Origin: Chrysemys picta bellii
Taxonomy: Eukaryota
DNA length: 64,000 nucleotides
Assembly: GCF_011386835.1 (NCBI RefSeq)
Contig: NC_088801.1
Span: 49,228,001-49,292,000, forward strand
Direction of reading: 5' to 3'
In this document: positions 13,251-26,079 of the stretch, in pieces
Layout of the letters: each line of letters starts with the position of its first letter
Numbering within the stretch: position 1 is the first letter of the stretch
Made by a program: the position numbers and the translations under genes
The notes under the pieces: model-generated
The model's input: the letters and a program-made list of their open reading frames with translations, nothing else
Told to the model about the DNA's origin: nothing
The model's database searches: none

Positions 13251-15258
13251 TGACATAATAATCTTCTCAAATAAGTCCTGTGATCACTATGTTGGGGATG
13301 ATGATTTTCTGTTAGGATTAGATCAAGGTTACAAAAAGTCAATTATTCATAAAGGCACATCATCTCTTTTCTCAGAACAAGAGAATTTTTGCAGCCAAAA
13401 CTTTGTAAACTGGCAGGGAAGTTGCTCAGAGTCTAAGAACTGACAGGCAGCTTGCAAACAGATGGGAGAGCCCTGCTCTTTGTGAACTTTTGCCCTAGAA
13501 AGTTAGAAAGAGAGAGGGGAAAAAGAGAGAGAAGAAATCCTCATTAGTGAGGTGAACATTTGTTCTAAATTAAATTTTTCTTATTCAGTCACACATTTAC
13601 AATGAGTTTTTAAAAATAAATTGAAATATTGCCAAATAGCCTTAAAATTATTCAGCTACAGGCAAACAGGTGTCTTGGGAGGGTGATTTGAACACTTTTG
13701 CTTTTTGTGTGCTAGAAGATTGTGTGAACAAATTTTAAAATATATTTTTGTAGTTACAAGCATCTAAATGGTATGATGGTGGCCTAGAATCTGGATTATG
13801 TCACAGATTGCATTAAAAAATGTGAACAAAACTTTCCTCCCTGCAGGTTTAGCCTCTAGTTTCAATTACAATTGGAAATTTATTTAAAAGAAATGCAGAT
13901 TACCCGTTGGGTAGGCAAAGCACGCGCTGCCGATTATTTTTACTCCAGTATAACTTTGTGATTTAACTTTGTTAATCTGGGAACTGTGATATTCTTAGAG
14001 TGTCTGGTCTTAGTGTGTTCCAAGTATAGCTGTAAGAGTTAAGAGCCATTGGGCCAAGCACTGTCCTCAATGATGCAGCCTAGGGTTTGTGGAGTTGTAA
14101 GGGTGTAATGAGGCATTAAAATGTTGCTTTAACTTTCTGAAGAGTTGCACAGGATTTAGCTATATACAATAACCCCCTCTAACGCCAGTGGGAGTCTTTT
14201 GACTCTTGAGTTCCAGGCTCCAACCAAAGACCATCATGAGGGCCACCTCTGGTGATCCAGGTGACTATAGAATTCTAACCCTAATAACATTGATAATAGA
14301 GGCATAGGTAAGAATGTATGTACATTACATTATTTTAAATATTTTTCTGGGTATGAAAAATATTTCTTCCTTCCTTCATTGAGTATATAGGACTGTTTCC
14401 TCATTGTATCACTATTTACTGTGTTAGCCCAAAGTTTAAATTCTTAGAACTTGGCTACACACACAGTTATGTTTTATGCACTGGATAGTTTGTTTTCTAA
14501 TTCAAATTAGTTACATTGATATGAACCCCTCAGTGGGTCCTCTAAAATTTGCACCAAACTTATATCTTTTTATTTTAGTTTGGTAATTTACCAAATTATT
14601 GTTATTGTTGTTGTTTGTGGGTTTCTAAAACTTTCATACACAAATCCCACCCCTTCTTCTCTTTGCCCCATTGCCCCAGCCCTCAGCTCCATGTCATGGC
14701 ATGTCCATTTGGCTGATGAACTAAGAAAAGGTGACTGTTCCTCTCTTTGGAGGTTAGGAAAATCCCCCCAACATTGGACAAAGGGTTGCTGCACTTCCAT
14801 GAAGGTTTGAGCATGCTTGCAACAGTTTTTTGATTTTTAAGTGGTTCAAAAAATCTACAGTAAACCTAGAAGACTCTTAGTGCAGGTCCTATACATGTTT
14901 GTTTTCTGCATCCTGTTATTTAGTGCACAATACAGAATAAACATTGGACTATTTCGTATAAAGGAAACTGTCCCATTTATATGAGAAGAATCACAGTTTG
15001 CACTATTGTCACCCCACTCATATAAAAAACAGCTTATAAATCTAATTAGATCTGAAATGTCTCCAAAAATTAGTTGTGCAACAAATGTTGTCTCAGTAAT
15101 ATCATTTATTATCTTGTGCTTTCTCTCTTCTTAAATAGCCTTTATTGCTTAGCAGGTTGCAACTTACTACTAGCAAGAATGCATTATTCAAGCCTTTCGC
15201 TGTGCCACAGCAAGTGACAGCGTGTCATGTTTTTAATTGTCTCCCTTGAACTCCACAG

Positions 15259-15495
15259 ATACGATTCCTCCAACCATAACAAATTGCCCATGGGACATTA
15301 CCATAACCACCAAGACTGATCCAGTACAGGTCAGCTGGGAACAACCTGAAATTAGCGACAACAGTGGGGTGTTTACCTCAGTAGCTTCAATATCCAGTGG
15401 CTCCTGTTTCCGGTATGGAACTCATCAAGTGCAATACACCGCCCATGATGAAGCAGGAAATGAAGCCTCCTGCCAGTTTAAAGTTACCATCCAAA
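15259..15495 (+). CDS. HYR-module gene, exon HYR1: (D)TIPPTITNCPWDITITTKTDPVQVSWEQPEISDNSGVFTSVASISSGSCFRYGTHQVQYTAHDEAGNEASCQFKVTIQ
   Basis: Classic HYR signature D..PP.I..CP...V.W..P...DNSG...F..G...V.YTA.D.AGN.A.C.F.V. Acceptor ctccacag|, donor A|gtaagt, 237 nt, phase 1-1. Confidence 0.92.
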
Positions 15496-16039
15496 GTAAG
15501 TGCTATTATTGACTGAAGTTTAAGAAAGAAAAACAATCAGGATCCTGAAAACTGTTATGAACCAGATTTACGAATTTGAAGTAGAGCTGTTTGCTTTAAT
15601 GCTACCTCTTTGGCAGTAATATTTCCTGTAAACAGTTGGATGTTCACCAAACCATGAATATTTTGCTGTTCATATCAAGTCCTATATACCAAGTGCTATG
15701 ATTATATTAGGTGTAATAAAAATTGTATCTTTCAAGTACGTTTTGTGGCCAGTGGGCCAGATCCTCCACTGGCCTCAATTGGTAGGACTTCATTAACACC
15801 AGGAAACAGTCGTGGCAACTGTGGAGTAACTGTTGGAAAATCTTTTTAATGACAACCACTATTTGCCTGAGATGTGAGCTAGAGTTAAGAAGTAGTCAGC
15901 CAAGCACTGAAATATTCAGAAAGCCCTTGTTGTCTGACACTGATTCCCTGCAGTACTGATTTCCGAAAACGGTGCTTTCCAAAATGAAGTTAAAATTGGT
16001 AACACTCTTCCTGCTATTTCTCTATACTCATTAATAATC

Positions 16040-16290
16040 CCTTGTCTACACACACCAACTGTACTAATTTTAGCTGAACTGTTTTAGAAACTGATGTACT
16101 TAAGTCAGTGCAGTCACCATTGTGTGCACAATCTTAAATTAGTTTGAGTGCTTTACATTGATTTAAGCTAAATTAATATAAGGCTTTCTCAACTGATTTA
16201 AGATTGTCCCCACAAGGGGGTTGCACCCCCTTTACTATATCAGTTTCTAATGATTTAGTTAAATTAGCACAATTTTTATGTGTAGAAAAG
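16040..16290. mobile_element. Palindromic MITE with gtctacac/gtgtaga termini (possibly PIF/Harbinger-derived)
   Basis: ccttgtctacac...gtgtagaaaag termini with internal dyad symmetry. The family assignment is a guess. Confidence 0.45.
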
Positions 16291-19200
16291 TCCTGGCATT
16301 TGAAAGATCCGGATGAAGATCAATGGCAAATGGATATACCAATTCTTTAGTCAGTAGGGTTTGGATTTAAAAAAAAAAATAATTAGGACTTCTCTGAAAT
16401 TAGCCAGGTTGTTTCTTTAGGTCTCATTTTAATTAAACTGCTCTATTTTAAGCAGAAAGATTTTTTGCTAGCATTGATTAACATTTTTAAATGAAAAGGA
16501 AAATGCAAGTGATACTTGAGTTAAGCCACAGTGCTGACAACTTGATTACTAGAGGTGGAAGAAAGAAGAAATAGAAAATTACTTTTCTTATTTGGGATCT
16601 CCTAGAAGCCATAATATAACAGCAAGCTTCATCAACGTGGTGGGAGAAAGCATTAAAGACATTTACTGAATATCTGTGTTTTGTAATTATGTGAACAGTT
16701 TTACTGTACAAAACCCCACAATCATGTGTGTCATTTCTGCTGTGTCTACATTAAGGAATTCTTGTAAAAACTTCCTCACTAGAGACCAAATGCAGAACAG
16801 GTTTTGACAGGCTTAATTAAGGGCATCAAATACTAGCAATTGCTGGAACCTCATGGCTGGTGCTGGCACCAATGAGGGTTCTATTGTTAAATCTCCTAGT
16901 GTGGACACATATTACTGGTGTGTATTGTATAGTGCTATTATTCCTTTGCCATATTTTTAATATAAAAATAACATTCATATAAGAGCACTCCCTTTTCCTA
17001 AATAATCCATACCTGATCTTTTCTTTCCCTTTTTTCCTTTTCACTATGGGATCTTCCCCATCTTCCATATAGCTACAGCTTGTACAGTATGTGTAGAATT
17101 TGATGAGACAGTTAAATACCCATGTCATTACAGAATGCTATACTTACCCCACAAATCGCAGTAGGTGATGGATGCAAAAAATACACTAACTTTTGTAGGA
17201 TTTAGTTTTCACAAGAAAACTGAAGCAGTTTAAATTATGGTCTAATACTATACTCAATAGTGATTTACTTAAAACTGGTGCAAAAGACTGTGTGGACATT
17301 CTTATTTCACGTTACACTATGTTTATTTTGGATTATCTTAAATTGATTAGGAATTTGGTTTAAGCTAAATTGAAATAAGCCACTTTTAAACTGAAATAAG
17401 AGTCTCTACACAGGGGTTTGCACTGTTTTAACTAAATGGATTTATAAACCAATCTAAGTTGAACTAGAGCAACTTTGTTGTGTAGACAAGGCCTAAATTA
17501 GGGAAGGTGGAACAAATTCCATTAAATAAGAATGACCATTTTTAAGTTTTAAAAAGTTTTCATGTCCCTGCTCATTTGGCTTCAGGCAAATGCAGAAGTG
17601 CTGAAAATTCATGGGAGAGGCTAGTTTCATGCTATTTATACATGTCCTCTTTACAATCAGGTTTTAAATACCGCAGGCCTAGTCCTCCTCCCCACCCTTG
17701 GTATTTTAAGTACTTAATGCTTTCAGCTAAAGTGCAAAGCAATGTTAAAAAGAAGAAAACTGAATTTTCTTCAAACCTCAGAGAGACAAGGTGGATGAGG
17801 TAATATTTTTTATTGGGCCAACTTCTGTTGGTGAAAAACTCAGAAAAAGGCTCAAGTTTGGTTTGGGTAAATTTCAGATGAAGGTTGTGTTTTGTTTAAA
17901 TTTTATTTGAACCAGTTCACAATTTCTACCAGCATTATTCCCCTGCAAAATCTGGCATCGTTCTGTGCACATACATGACAGCTGTCTAGTGGAAAGTGTG
18001 GCATTAGTGCATTTATAAAGGTGTTTGTTTAGCTACCTGTTGCAAATAGCAACTGCAAGAACTAAAGCTGTAACTGTGCTGAAGTTGGGCAGGATCCCAG
18101 TTCTTTTTGGGGGGGAGGGGGAGGAATAAAATGAAAAGCAAAGGTTCAAGATATTGTTGATGAGATAACTAACAATTGTGTTTACGTGTTTTTATTTTCC
18201 CACAAATTGTTATTTCAAAACAGAAGAATACATTTATGACTTTTTAGTTGGACTCTGTTCTGCTATTTAGAAGAGAGCTAATTACACATATTGTTGTACC
18301 ATGATAACACCACACCAGCTCTATCCAGCCAACCAGCCTAGATTATTCAAGATGTCATATTTATTTATTTAAAAAAAACCTTTGGCTGTTTATCAGGAAG
18401 TGACTTCAATGAGGAAGCACAGTAATTCAATTATCAAACACTCCTCTCGATCAACTAAATACACATGAGCTGAATGTAAGAAAAAATATTTATTTACAAT
18501 TACTCATCTTGTATAGGTCATTATGGTGACATGGGGCCTGATCATCCTCTCTTGTAAACAGGGAGGCGGCTTTGTAGGGATTGTAGAGGGAAATGGAAAA
18601 TTCCATGAACATCTATAAAGTGATCAGTCCATTGTGTGGGACAAGCCGTGGTTCTGCTCCCAGGGCTATCAGCTGGGAAGAGCTGTGCCTCCATATAGTC
18701 TTGGGCCCTTTGCCCCTTCTGCTCCTGGGAAGCATGGGTCAGATGGAGACAAACTATCAGGGAGTCCTCAGGTTACTTTGGAGGGGATCAGCTATATGGA
18801 AAGAAAATGGAAGAGAAGGAAGGTGAGGGAGACAGGTCAGGGGAGAAGAGGGTAAGGATGGGCAGGTGTGGAGTGAAATTGAAGTGAAAAGACTTGGGAG
18901 AGGGAAGAGGCGAGGGAGGGATTGGAGCACAGGGCCAAGAAAGACAGAACTTTGTACACATTTGATTGAAATGGCCAATTGTGGAAAAGATCCCTGCTTT
19001 GGCTGCTTCTGGTCCAACTGGCTGGAATCTCTGGCTGGCTCCTGGTGCCCCCAGAGTGTATGGGATCCCTTCTGCATACTTTTGGCTGGGTGGAATGGTG
19101 CCCTGGCTGGCATATACTCCCACCCCACCAGTGCAGCAATCCCTGCTTTGGCTGCTACTGACTGGAGTCTCTGGCTGGCTTCTCTCTGTGGTTTTCCCCA

Positions 19201-19384
19201 AGGCCACAGGTCTGGGCAGAGGGAGACACCACGTGGATCCTAGTGACCCCAGAGAAGGAGATAGGGAGGAGGCTTCCTCTACACTGTTCTGGGTCCTGTG
19301 GTCAAGTTGTAATAGATACTCTAGAATTTTTTGAATAATAAGAACATGTCACATTTGTAGAATAATTTATATTCAAAGATATCA

Positions 19385-19505
19385 AAGTGCTTTACAAAGA
19401 TGGGTAGGTGTCATTATGCCCATTTTACAGAAGTTTAAAGTAAGGAAACCTATGACAGAGTCAGGAACAGCTGCGTGCCTGCCTGGTCTTTAACCACCAG
19501 ACTAT
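19385..19505 (-). mobile_element. MIR/CORE-SINE remnant
   Basis: aaagtgctttacaaa...attatgcccattttacaga...tttaaccaccagact resembles the reverse MIR core. Confidence 0.5.
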
Positions 19506-20146
19506 ATTTTTAGGTCTAACTTTGCAATCAAGGTCAGTACTCTCTGTCTCAGTGTAACGGTTTGTTGTTTAGTGATGTTTCAGATATGTATGTGTGCATA
19601 GTGCAGAGCTATTTATAAAGTACTGTGGGATGTGAAAGATGCTGAAAACATGTTTTATTTTATTTAGAAGAAGAATGCAACTGGTAGGTTAGTGTTAGTG
19701 CAGATCGAAATTTGTCCGATTTTATATATCACAGAGTAAATATTACTATTTTTCCTCTCTGCCCTAGCTGGCATATATAACCATGATTCCTTTCTTTCAG
19801 CACATACTCCAACCATGAAACATTCTTAGGGGAATGGTTCCTCAGGAATGTGTAAGCCAGAGCAAACATTGTGCTCTGGAAGGCAGCATCCTCTTCTTGT
19901 GTCACTGTAAACAAGAGGGATTGAAATACCATAGTTGACTAAAAGGTTGTGCACCATATATTAACTAAAATTCATGGAGCAAAAGTGTTCAAGCTATATA
20001 GCATGCATTTATCGCTTTAAGATTATTTTTTTTTATATGGGGGAGGGACTCCCTGGAGAAGGGGTAAACAGACCCAGATCTGCCTATTTCAATATCAAGT
20101 GGTGTTAATTAAATACTTTAGTGGACATACACTTAAGTGGGGACAA

Positions 20147-20360
20147 GTATCAGAGGGGTAGCCGTGTTAGTCTGAATTTGTAAAAAGCAACAGAGGGTCC
20201 TGTGGCACCTTTAAGACTAACAGAAATATTGGGAGCATAAGCTTGGGTGGGTAAGAACCTCACTTCTTGCATCTGAAGAAGTGAGGTTCTTACCCACCAA
20301 AGCTTATGCTCCCAATACTTCTGTTAGTCTTAAAGGTGCCACAGGACCCTCTGTTGCTTG
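20147..20360. mobile_element. Short hairpin Penelope-like derivative
   Basis: Starts gtatcagaggggtagccgtgttagtctg. 84-bp inverted arms (20185-20268 / 20276-20359, 82/84 identical) around a 7-nt loop. 14-bp TSD ttaagtggggacaa (20133-20146 / 20361-20374). Confidence 0.9.
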
Positions 20361-21660
20361 TTAAGTGGGGACAATATACATTGTCTCTCCTGATAGGGAG
20401 TTGACAGTATCCATTGTCTCAAAGACAGTAACTCCTTTGAAATGCAAGAATTTAGAGTGAGAGATTGCTTTGAAGTTTCATTAGCTCCCTTTTGCTTAAG
20501 CCCCAGATGGCAGACCTAACAGTTTTGATTGACACCTGTATTGTGACTGCATGTAGTGATTCTGCATTACAGTCACATGGTCATCGCAAAGGCTATAGTG
20601 TGTCTGAATAGAGTTAAAAACATCTTCCCATAGACATTTGGGAGATGGCTGAAGAGCAGTAATGGAGAAAGTGACTGGTCAGAGAGTGACATTGAACTTA
20701 GAGGAGTTTGCTGGAGATAGAAAGGGCCATGTTACACATGTGAATTAGAGAGCTAGCCCCTCAAATCAGTTTAGCTTCATTATTTATGCCAGTTTACTCC
20801 GGCTGAGGATTTTGCCCATCAGCTGTATTTTGCTTTTGTCATCTAGTATCACTGTTCATGAGTATGCACAACTAAATGAGCCTACATAATATCCTGTCTG
20901 GGTCAAGTCATTGCTCTCCCACACAGGAAAACTAGATTCGCAGCTAATCAAATAATGGGGAACTAATTCTGCAAAAAAAATGCAATTTGTTTCCATTTTG
21001 TAGGATTCAAATCAGAGTTTTCTTTCTTTCTTTCTTTGAATTTTGATTTTAATAATTTTGAATTTGCATATTTTTTCCCTTCTCCGCCGCCCCATTTTTT
21101 GGCTATTGAATGCTATAAAAAATGATGCCCCAGGATTCTTCCACTGTTACATTTTTTTTCTTTTTTCTTTTGCTACATTGAACCCTTTTCCAACTTTGGA
21201 AAAATTACAAAATGACAAAAGAAAAATGAAAAAGTAAAGTAAAAGCAAACATATCCCAGACATAATTCATTCTGCTGCACACAGTGGAACAAACAAGAAA
21301 ACTGAATATCTGACATTTTAAATTTCTTAATTTTAATATTTTCAGTTTCATTTCCAGTATAACTTGAAAAAAAAAAAAGGAGACGACTCCTTGAAGGTGC
21401 TTGGTTTTGAAAAATGGAAAAGTTTGATTAAAAAAAAAAAAGGTTTGAACATACAATTTCAGAGAGTTCTAGAAATAACCAACTCTGAGCATCTCAGGTG
21501 TCCTAATGACTTTGAAATGGTATCATTCAGTAAAGAACTTAACGGTTAAAAAAAAAATTGCAAGCATGTGTGGCATCTTTGTGGGCAGTTTACTTACTGT
21601 GTTTCTACTACAGTGATATGAATGGACTTGATACTTTAATATTTTTTATATTACTCTTAG

Positions 21661-21906
21661 AGCCAGATCTTTCGTGCACTGCCCAACCTCCCACTGATGG
21701 GTCTTTGGCTTGTGGAATGTTATCTTATCCTGGCAGTGGAATGAACAAATGGCAGTTTTGTGTACCATTCTGCATGAAGAGCACTGGTTTCCATCGGAGA
21801 GCATGGTCAGTGTTTTTCTGCCAGTCTTCTCAGTCTGGGACAAGTTGGTTTCATTTGGATGAAGCCTGGCAAATGACAAAGGCTCACATGCCAGAGACTT
21901 GCACAG
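21661..21906 (+). CDS. HYR-module gene, 6-Cys sushi/CCP-like exon 1: (K)PDLSCTAQPPTDGSLACGMLSYPGSGMNKWQFCVPFCMKSTGFHRRAWSVFFCQSSQSGTSWFHLDEAWQMTKAHMPETCT
   Basis: Acceptor atattactcttag|, donor ACAG|gtgagc, 246 nt, phase 1-1. Pattern C..PP.DG.L.C...C...C...F......F.C...W...P..C resembles the module that follows HYR in SVEP1-type proteins. Confidence 0.85.
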
Positions 21907-23911
21907 GTGAGCAGGCTTGAAAATTTCAGTGGATTAGCTTTCTTAAAGACTCTTGCTGACTGAAAGTTTATTGATTTACACGTTCAGCTGCTATTAGAGT
22001 TTAAGTCATGTTTGTATAAGACAACAGGAAGATATGGATTCCAATTATGATATGAATTGAGAAAAGAATGTTTTGTTTCTCCATCTTCAACTAGAGTGTG
22101 TTGGTTCTCAGGGCAACATTCTGATGTTACAGAGGAGTGCAGTGGAGTAACAGTGGTATAAGTCTAGACTAACTAAGAGCAGAAGTTGACCTGAGAATTT
22201 ATCCACTTTGCTTCTCCTGCAAAGTCTGATCATTATTAAGTGTGTGTGTCTGCATATTGGATTTTCTTTCTTTTTTGACAGCCTTCCTAAGAGGCTTGAA
22301 AATAAACTCTCTCACTACACATTTTGCCTGTTTCCTTTTAGCAAATCTTTACTTCTCCTTCCCTCCCCATGTTTCTAATAACACAAGCCATTATGGTTTA
22401 GTATTGCTTATTACCATGATTATTCACTAGCATCATGTATAGTTTCAGGAGTTGAACAGTCAAAAATAGTGTGTGTAGGTCCTACAAAATATAGTTATTT
22501 TTGTTGGTTATGGAGAACAGGTATTCTAGAATTTGAAGGCAATTTCTCAGCATATTAATATTTTTAAGGTAGGACAACTGTCTGGCTAATACTAAATTAT
22601 TGAATAAAGATCCTTTAACTCTTGACTTAGAGGTCTTCCAAAATACTTCCTGAGACTTGCAAGCCTAATGCTATTCTCTCACCTCCCAATCACTACAGAA
22701 GGAAGAAGTACCCCAGTGCTTGTCTATGCTTGGAAATTTACCAAAATAGCCATTCTGGAATAATTATTTAAAATTTTAATTTATAATTCCTAAATGGATT
22801 AAGTTAAATCAGGAAAGGGCAGTTTTATTCCAGAATAAGAGTGTTCACTTGTGGAGTTGTACTGAAATAGCTATTTTGGTAAATTTCCCAGTGTCGACAA
22901 GCCCTTACTGATAAGTACTCTACTATCCATTTTTATTGGATACTTTTCAAATAGAAATTGAAAGAGAAACATAATTTCTTAACCAGATCCAAGAAGGACT
23001 CCAAGGAGGCACGAGAACCACATATTTAAGGAAACAGGGCCAGATGGAATAGCACCATAGAGTGCTGACTGCATTAGCTTCTGCAAAGGATGCAGCTCAG
23101 TCCCATACCGTCTCTGCTCTAACTGGAAAAATTTCAGGAAATAAACTTTCCAAGGGTGGTGTCATAACTACTTAACCTGGGTTCTCCAGCGGACCTGCCT
23201 GAGGCACAATGCATTCTGGAACTCTTGCTTGACTGGTGCAGCTCCCAGGAGAGGCTTTCGTGGCTTTGGGGATCAAACTGAAGTATCTCGTTGGGGATTG
23301 GCGACATCACAGGCAGTTAATCTAATCTGCAGATGGATTAATTTTGAATATCAAAACATAGTTTTATCAATTGAATGGGGCGTATAGATGGAGACAGGAT
23401 CTAACAGAGGTATCCCCAGTCATCTGTCTATGGTAAGCAATTGCAGATGACACAGAAAGCATGGCCAGTTCCTTTCTGAAAGCTCTAACCAAAGTGTGTA
23501 GCAAGATCTTTTTTTGCATAGAGCAAACACTGAAAGTTTGTGATGTGTTACAGAAGTGGCAGTGTGTCACTCAGGTTGTAAATTTGTTACTGTCAGGTTG
23601 TATGTGATAAACTGAAAACATGACAAATAGCTAATTTTTTATTTGAGCTAGAGTCTTACACATGAAACCAAAATGACATTTTTACCCCTCATTCAAGTAT
23701 TGAGCTGTATATTTATGCTTTTGATATATCCCTCATGCTGCTTTGTGTTGTGGCCTTGTGTTCAAGAGAAAAATTGGTAATGTGATACATTTGTGCTTGC
23801 CAGGACTCTAACTCTCTATTATATGAAAACTGTTTAGCACTTTTGTGCATCTTGGCACCATTTTGGGCATATCCTTATTAACTAACCTCATGTTATATGA
23901 ACTATTAACAG

Positions 23912-24130
23912 TCAGGCGTCGAACAGGGTCCAGAAAAGGAGATTCACTACAGTACTATGAGGGTGACTGCAATGAACAGGCCGTGAAAAAACACATCCTA
24001 GCAACTGTGGAACACATTGTAGCCAAAGATCCCTCTGTTGTTTCTCAGTGCACCAGGCACCCAAACACCTGTGGCAATTTCAGAATTTCAGATCTTTCTG
24101 TTCACTGTGGGCCTGGAAACAACCAAAGAG
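23912..24130 (+). CDS. HYR-module gene, 4-Cys module exon 1: (V)RRRTGSRKGDSLQYYEGDCNEQAVKKHILATVEHIVAKDPSVVSQCTRHPNTCGNFRISDLSVHCGPGNNQR
   Basis: Donor GAG|gtaaca; acceptor tattaacag| (an alternative in-phase AG lies 15 nt downstream). 219 nt, phase 1-1. Aligns by eye with exon 30744-30955. Confidence 0.8.
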
Positions 24131-25011
24131 GTAACAAATTGTCTTTTCAGAACATTGTTAATGTCACTGTGATGGGGTGGACAGTATTTTTTCTCCTACA
24201 TGTTTTTTAATATGCTCCATAGTGTCTTCTCTCCCTCTGTGATAATTCATATTATGAAGTCATTTGCAATCAGCCGCAGCATAACATAATCTTAAAGGCA
24301 TACATATTTCATGCTCTAATTTATCAGTAATGTGCACCATTAGCTCCCATCATTCTTGATGGGAGCTGGACATGCTTTTCTAGTTGCTTTGAACTACATC
24401 TCCTTAAGTCATCAAAATCATATATTTTAAAATATAACAGATGTATTGTAATGTACAACACACAGTACAGCTATAACAGATGTATTGTAATGTACTCAAC
24501 ATGGGCTTTCAGAAAGTACTTCAGGTAAGCATGAGTTTACAGAAGTATGTAATGTGTCAAACAAAGTCCAATGCATCTCACAGAAGCTATGTGGAAATTA
24601 TGAAGGATAGACAGCTGTAAGATCAGCTTGTCAACTTTTACTTGAATCCAAAATGTATTAGCTGAAATATATGATTCTACAGAGGTCCTCAGGAGTGGGA
24701 TGAATGAAAATGAGTACAGAATAAAGGTAGTCAAAGGGATCTGCCATACAAGTACTTCTGTAGGTGACGTTCATTTGGGAACATGATGGCAAGGAGCCTT
24801 TTCTCTCGTTTCGTGGGTTGGGTAGAAGCAAGGTGGACAAACATCAAAAAGTTCTTTGTTTCATTGTAATTCAACCTCTTTGCTCTGGACTTTTGCTGTT
24901 AATTTTTGGTGCTGTTCATTTTAGTTGCAGTTCAGAGTGAAACGCTGATAGGATAGACCCTCTCATGACGTTTTATTATTTGCTACTTGCAGCTGAAGCC
25001 AAAAACTAGGC

Positions 25012-26079
25012 TCTGACCAGGGTCCTGGGGGTAGGGGCCACACTGAGATTGTTCAATCAGGACAAACTGCAAAGAATGGGGCAGACGATCCCCCAAACTG
25101 GAGGTTATTTCTAAGAATTAGATTCAGCAAGCCAGCAACAAAACAGCTTCTACAATACCTTACTGGTTACCCAGAAGCCAAAAGCACAGTTCCCTTAAAA
25201 CAACACAGCCTTGGGCTCCTACCCAGACAGCCAAGTCAAATATGAGGAGGATTACTGAAAATCTTGTTCATCATATAAAAAGTTCTACCTATCCCAAAGG
25301 ATCAGACACATTACCCATGAGGTCACTGATTATTTCAGATGTTACCCAAATACACGCTTACAGCCAATTCTTATTAACTAAACTAAAATGTATTAAAAAA
25401 GAAAAGACAGTATTTGTTAAAAGGTCATTATACATACAGATATGAATAAAGTCCTTAGGTCAGTTTCATTGTAGAGATGGTGAGCTTCAGAGTTGCAAAA
25501 GGTTCTTTCAGAATCAGTTCCGTAGATCACAGTCCAATGTCCAATATCAGGGTGACCCAGGCTGGATCTGGGGATCTCAGTCTTGTGACTCAAACTTCCC
25601 CTGATGAAGCTTAAACAGATCTGACATGCAGGATCAAGGCCCAAGAGTTCTTTTTATAAATCCCTGGCAGGCTATTGTCAGCCTCTTGACAGCAGGTGAT
25701 CCTTGGGTGAAGAATAGTGGCTTTGAAGTAACCTCCTATTTCCTAAGCATCACCGGTAATTAGCTATAGGGATTAGCATAAGGCAACTGCCCATCTCCCA
25801 CCATTTACAGGTAGTATACTACATACTTCAAAGAGAAATGAAGACAATGTTATTACTACACTCACAGTTCATCTAAATGTTAGCATCTCCTTTTGATCTC
25901 TGAATTGACAGAATACAGCGACATACAGGAACCGTTTGGTTACATTGTCAACCTCTAACAATATATATGTAAACACACAAAAAACCACAACTATTATCTA
26001 CTAATATGTCTCTGAAGGTTGAATCTGGGTCAATTAGCCTGCTAGTTGTGTAATTGTTTCTGTGTTACCCTGTGTCACA
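25012..26079. mobile_element. Solo LTR (Gypsy/ERV-type) in the intron between the two protein units
   Basis: 1068 bp, begins tctgacc (degenerate TG) and ends tgtgtcaca. Exact 5-bp TSD taggc (25007-25011 / 26080-26084). No internal coding sequence. Confidence 0.75.

Noticed and set aside
24433-24495. 24-bp direct repeat with a 15-bp spacer as a CRISPR-like array
   Set aside because: Only two copies in a vertebrate intron; a simple local duplication.
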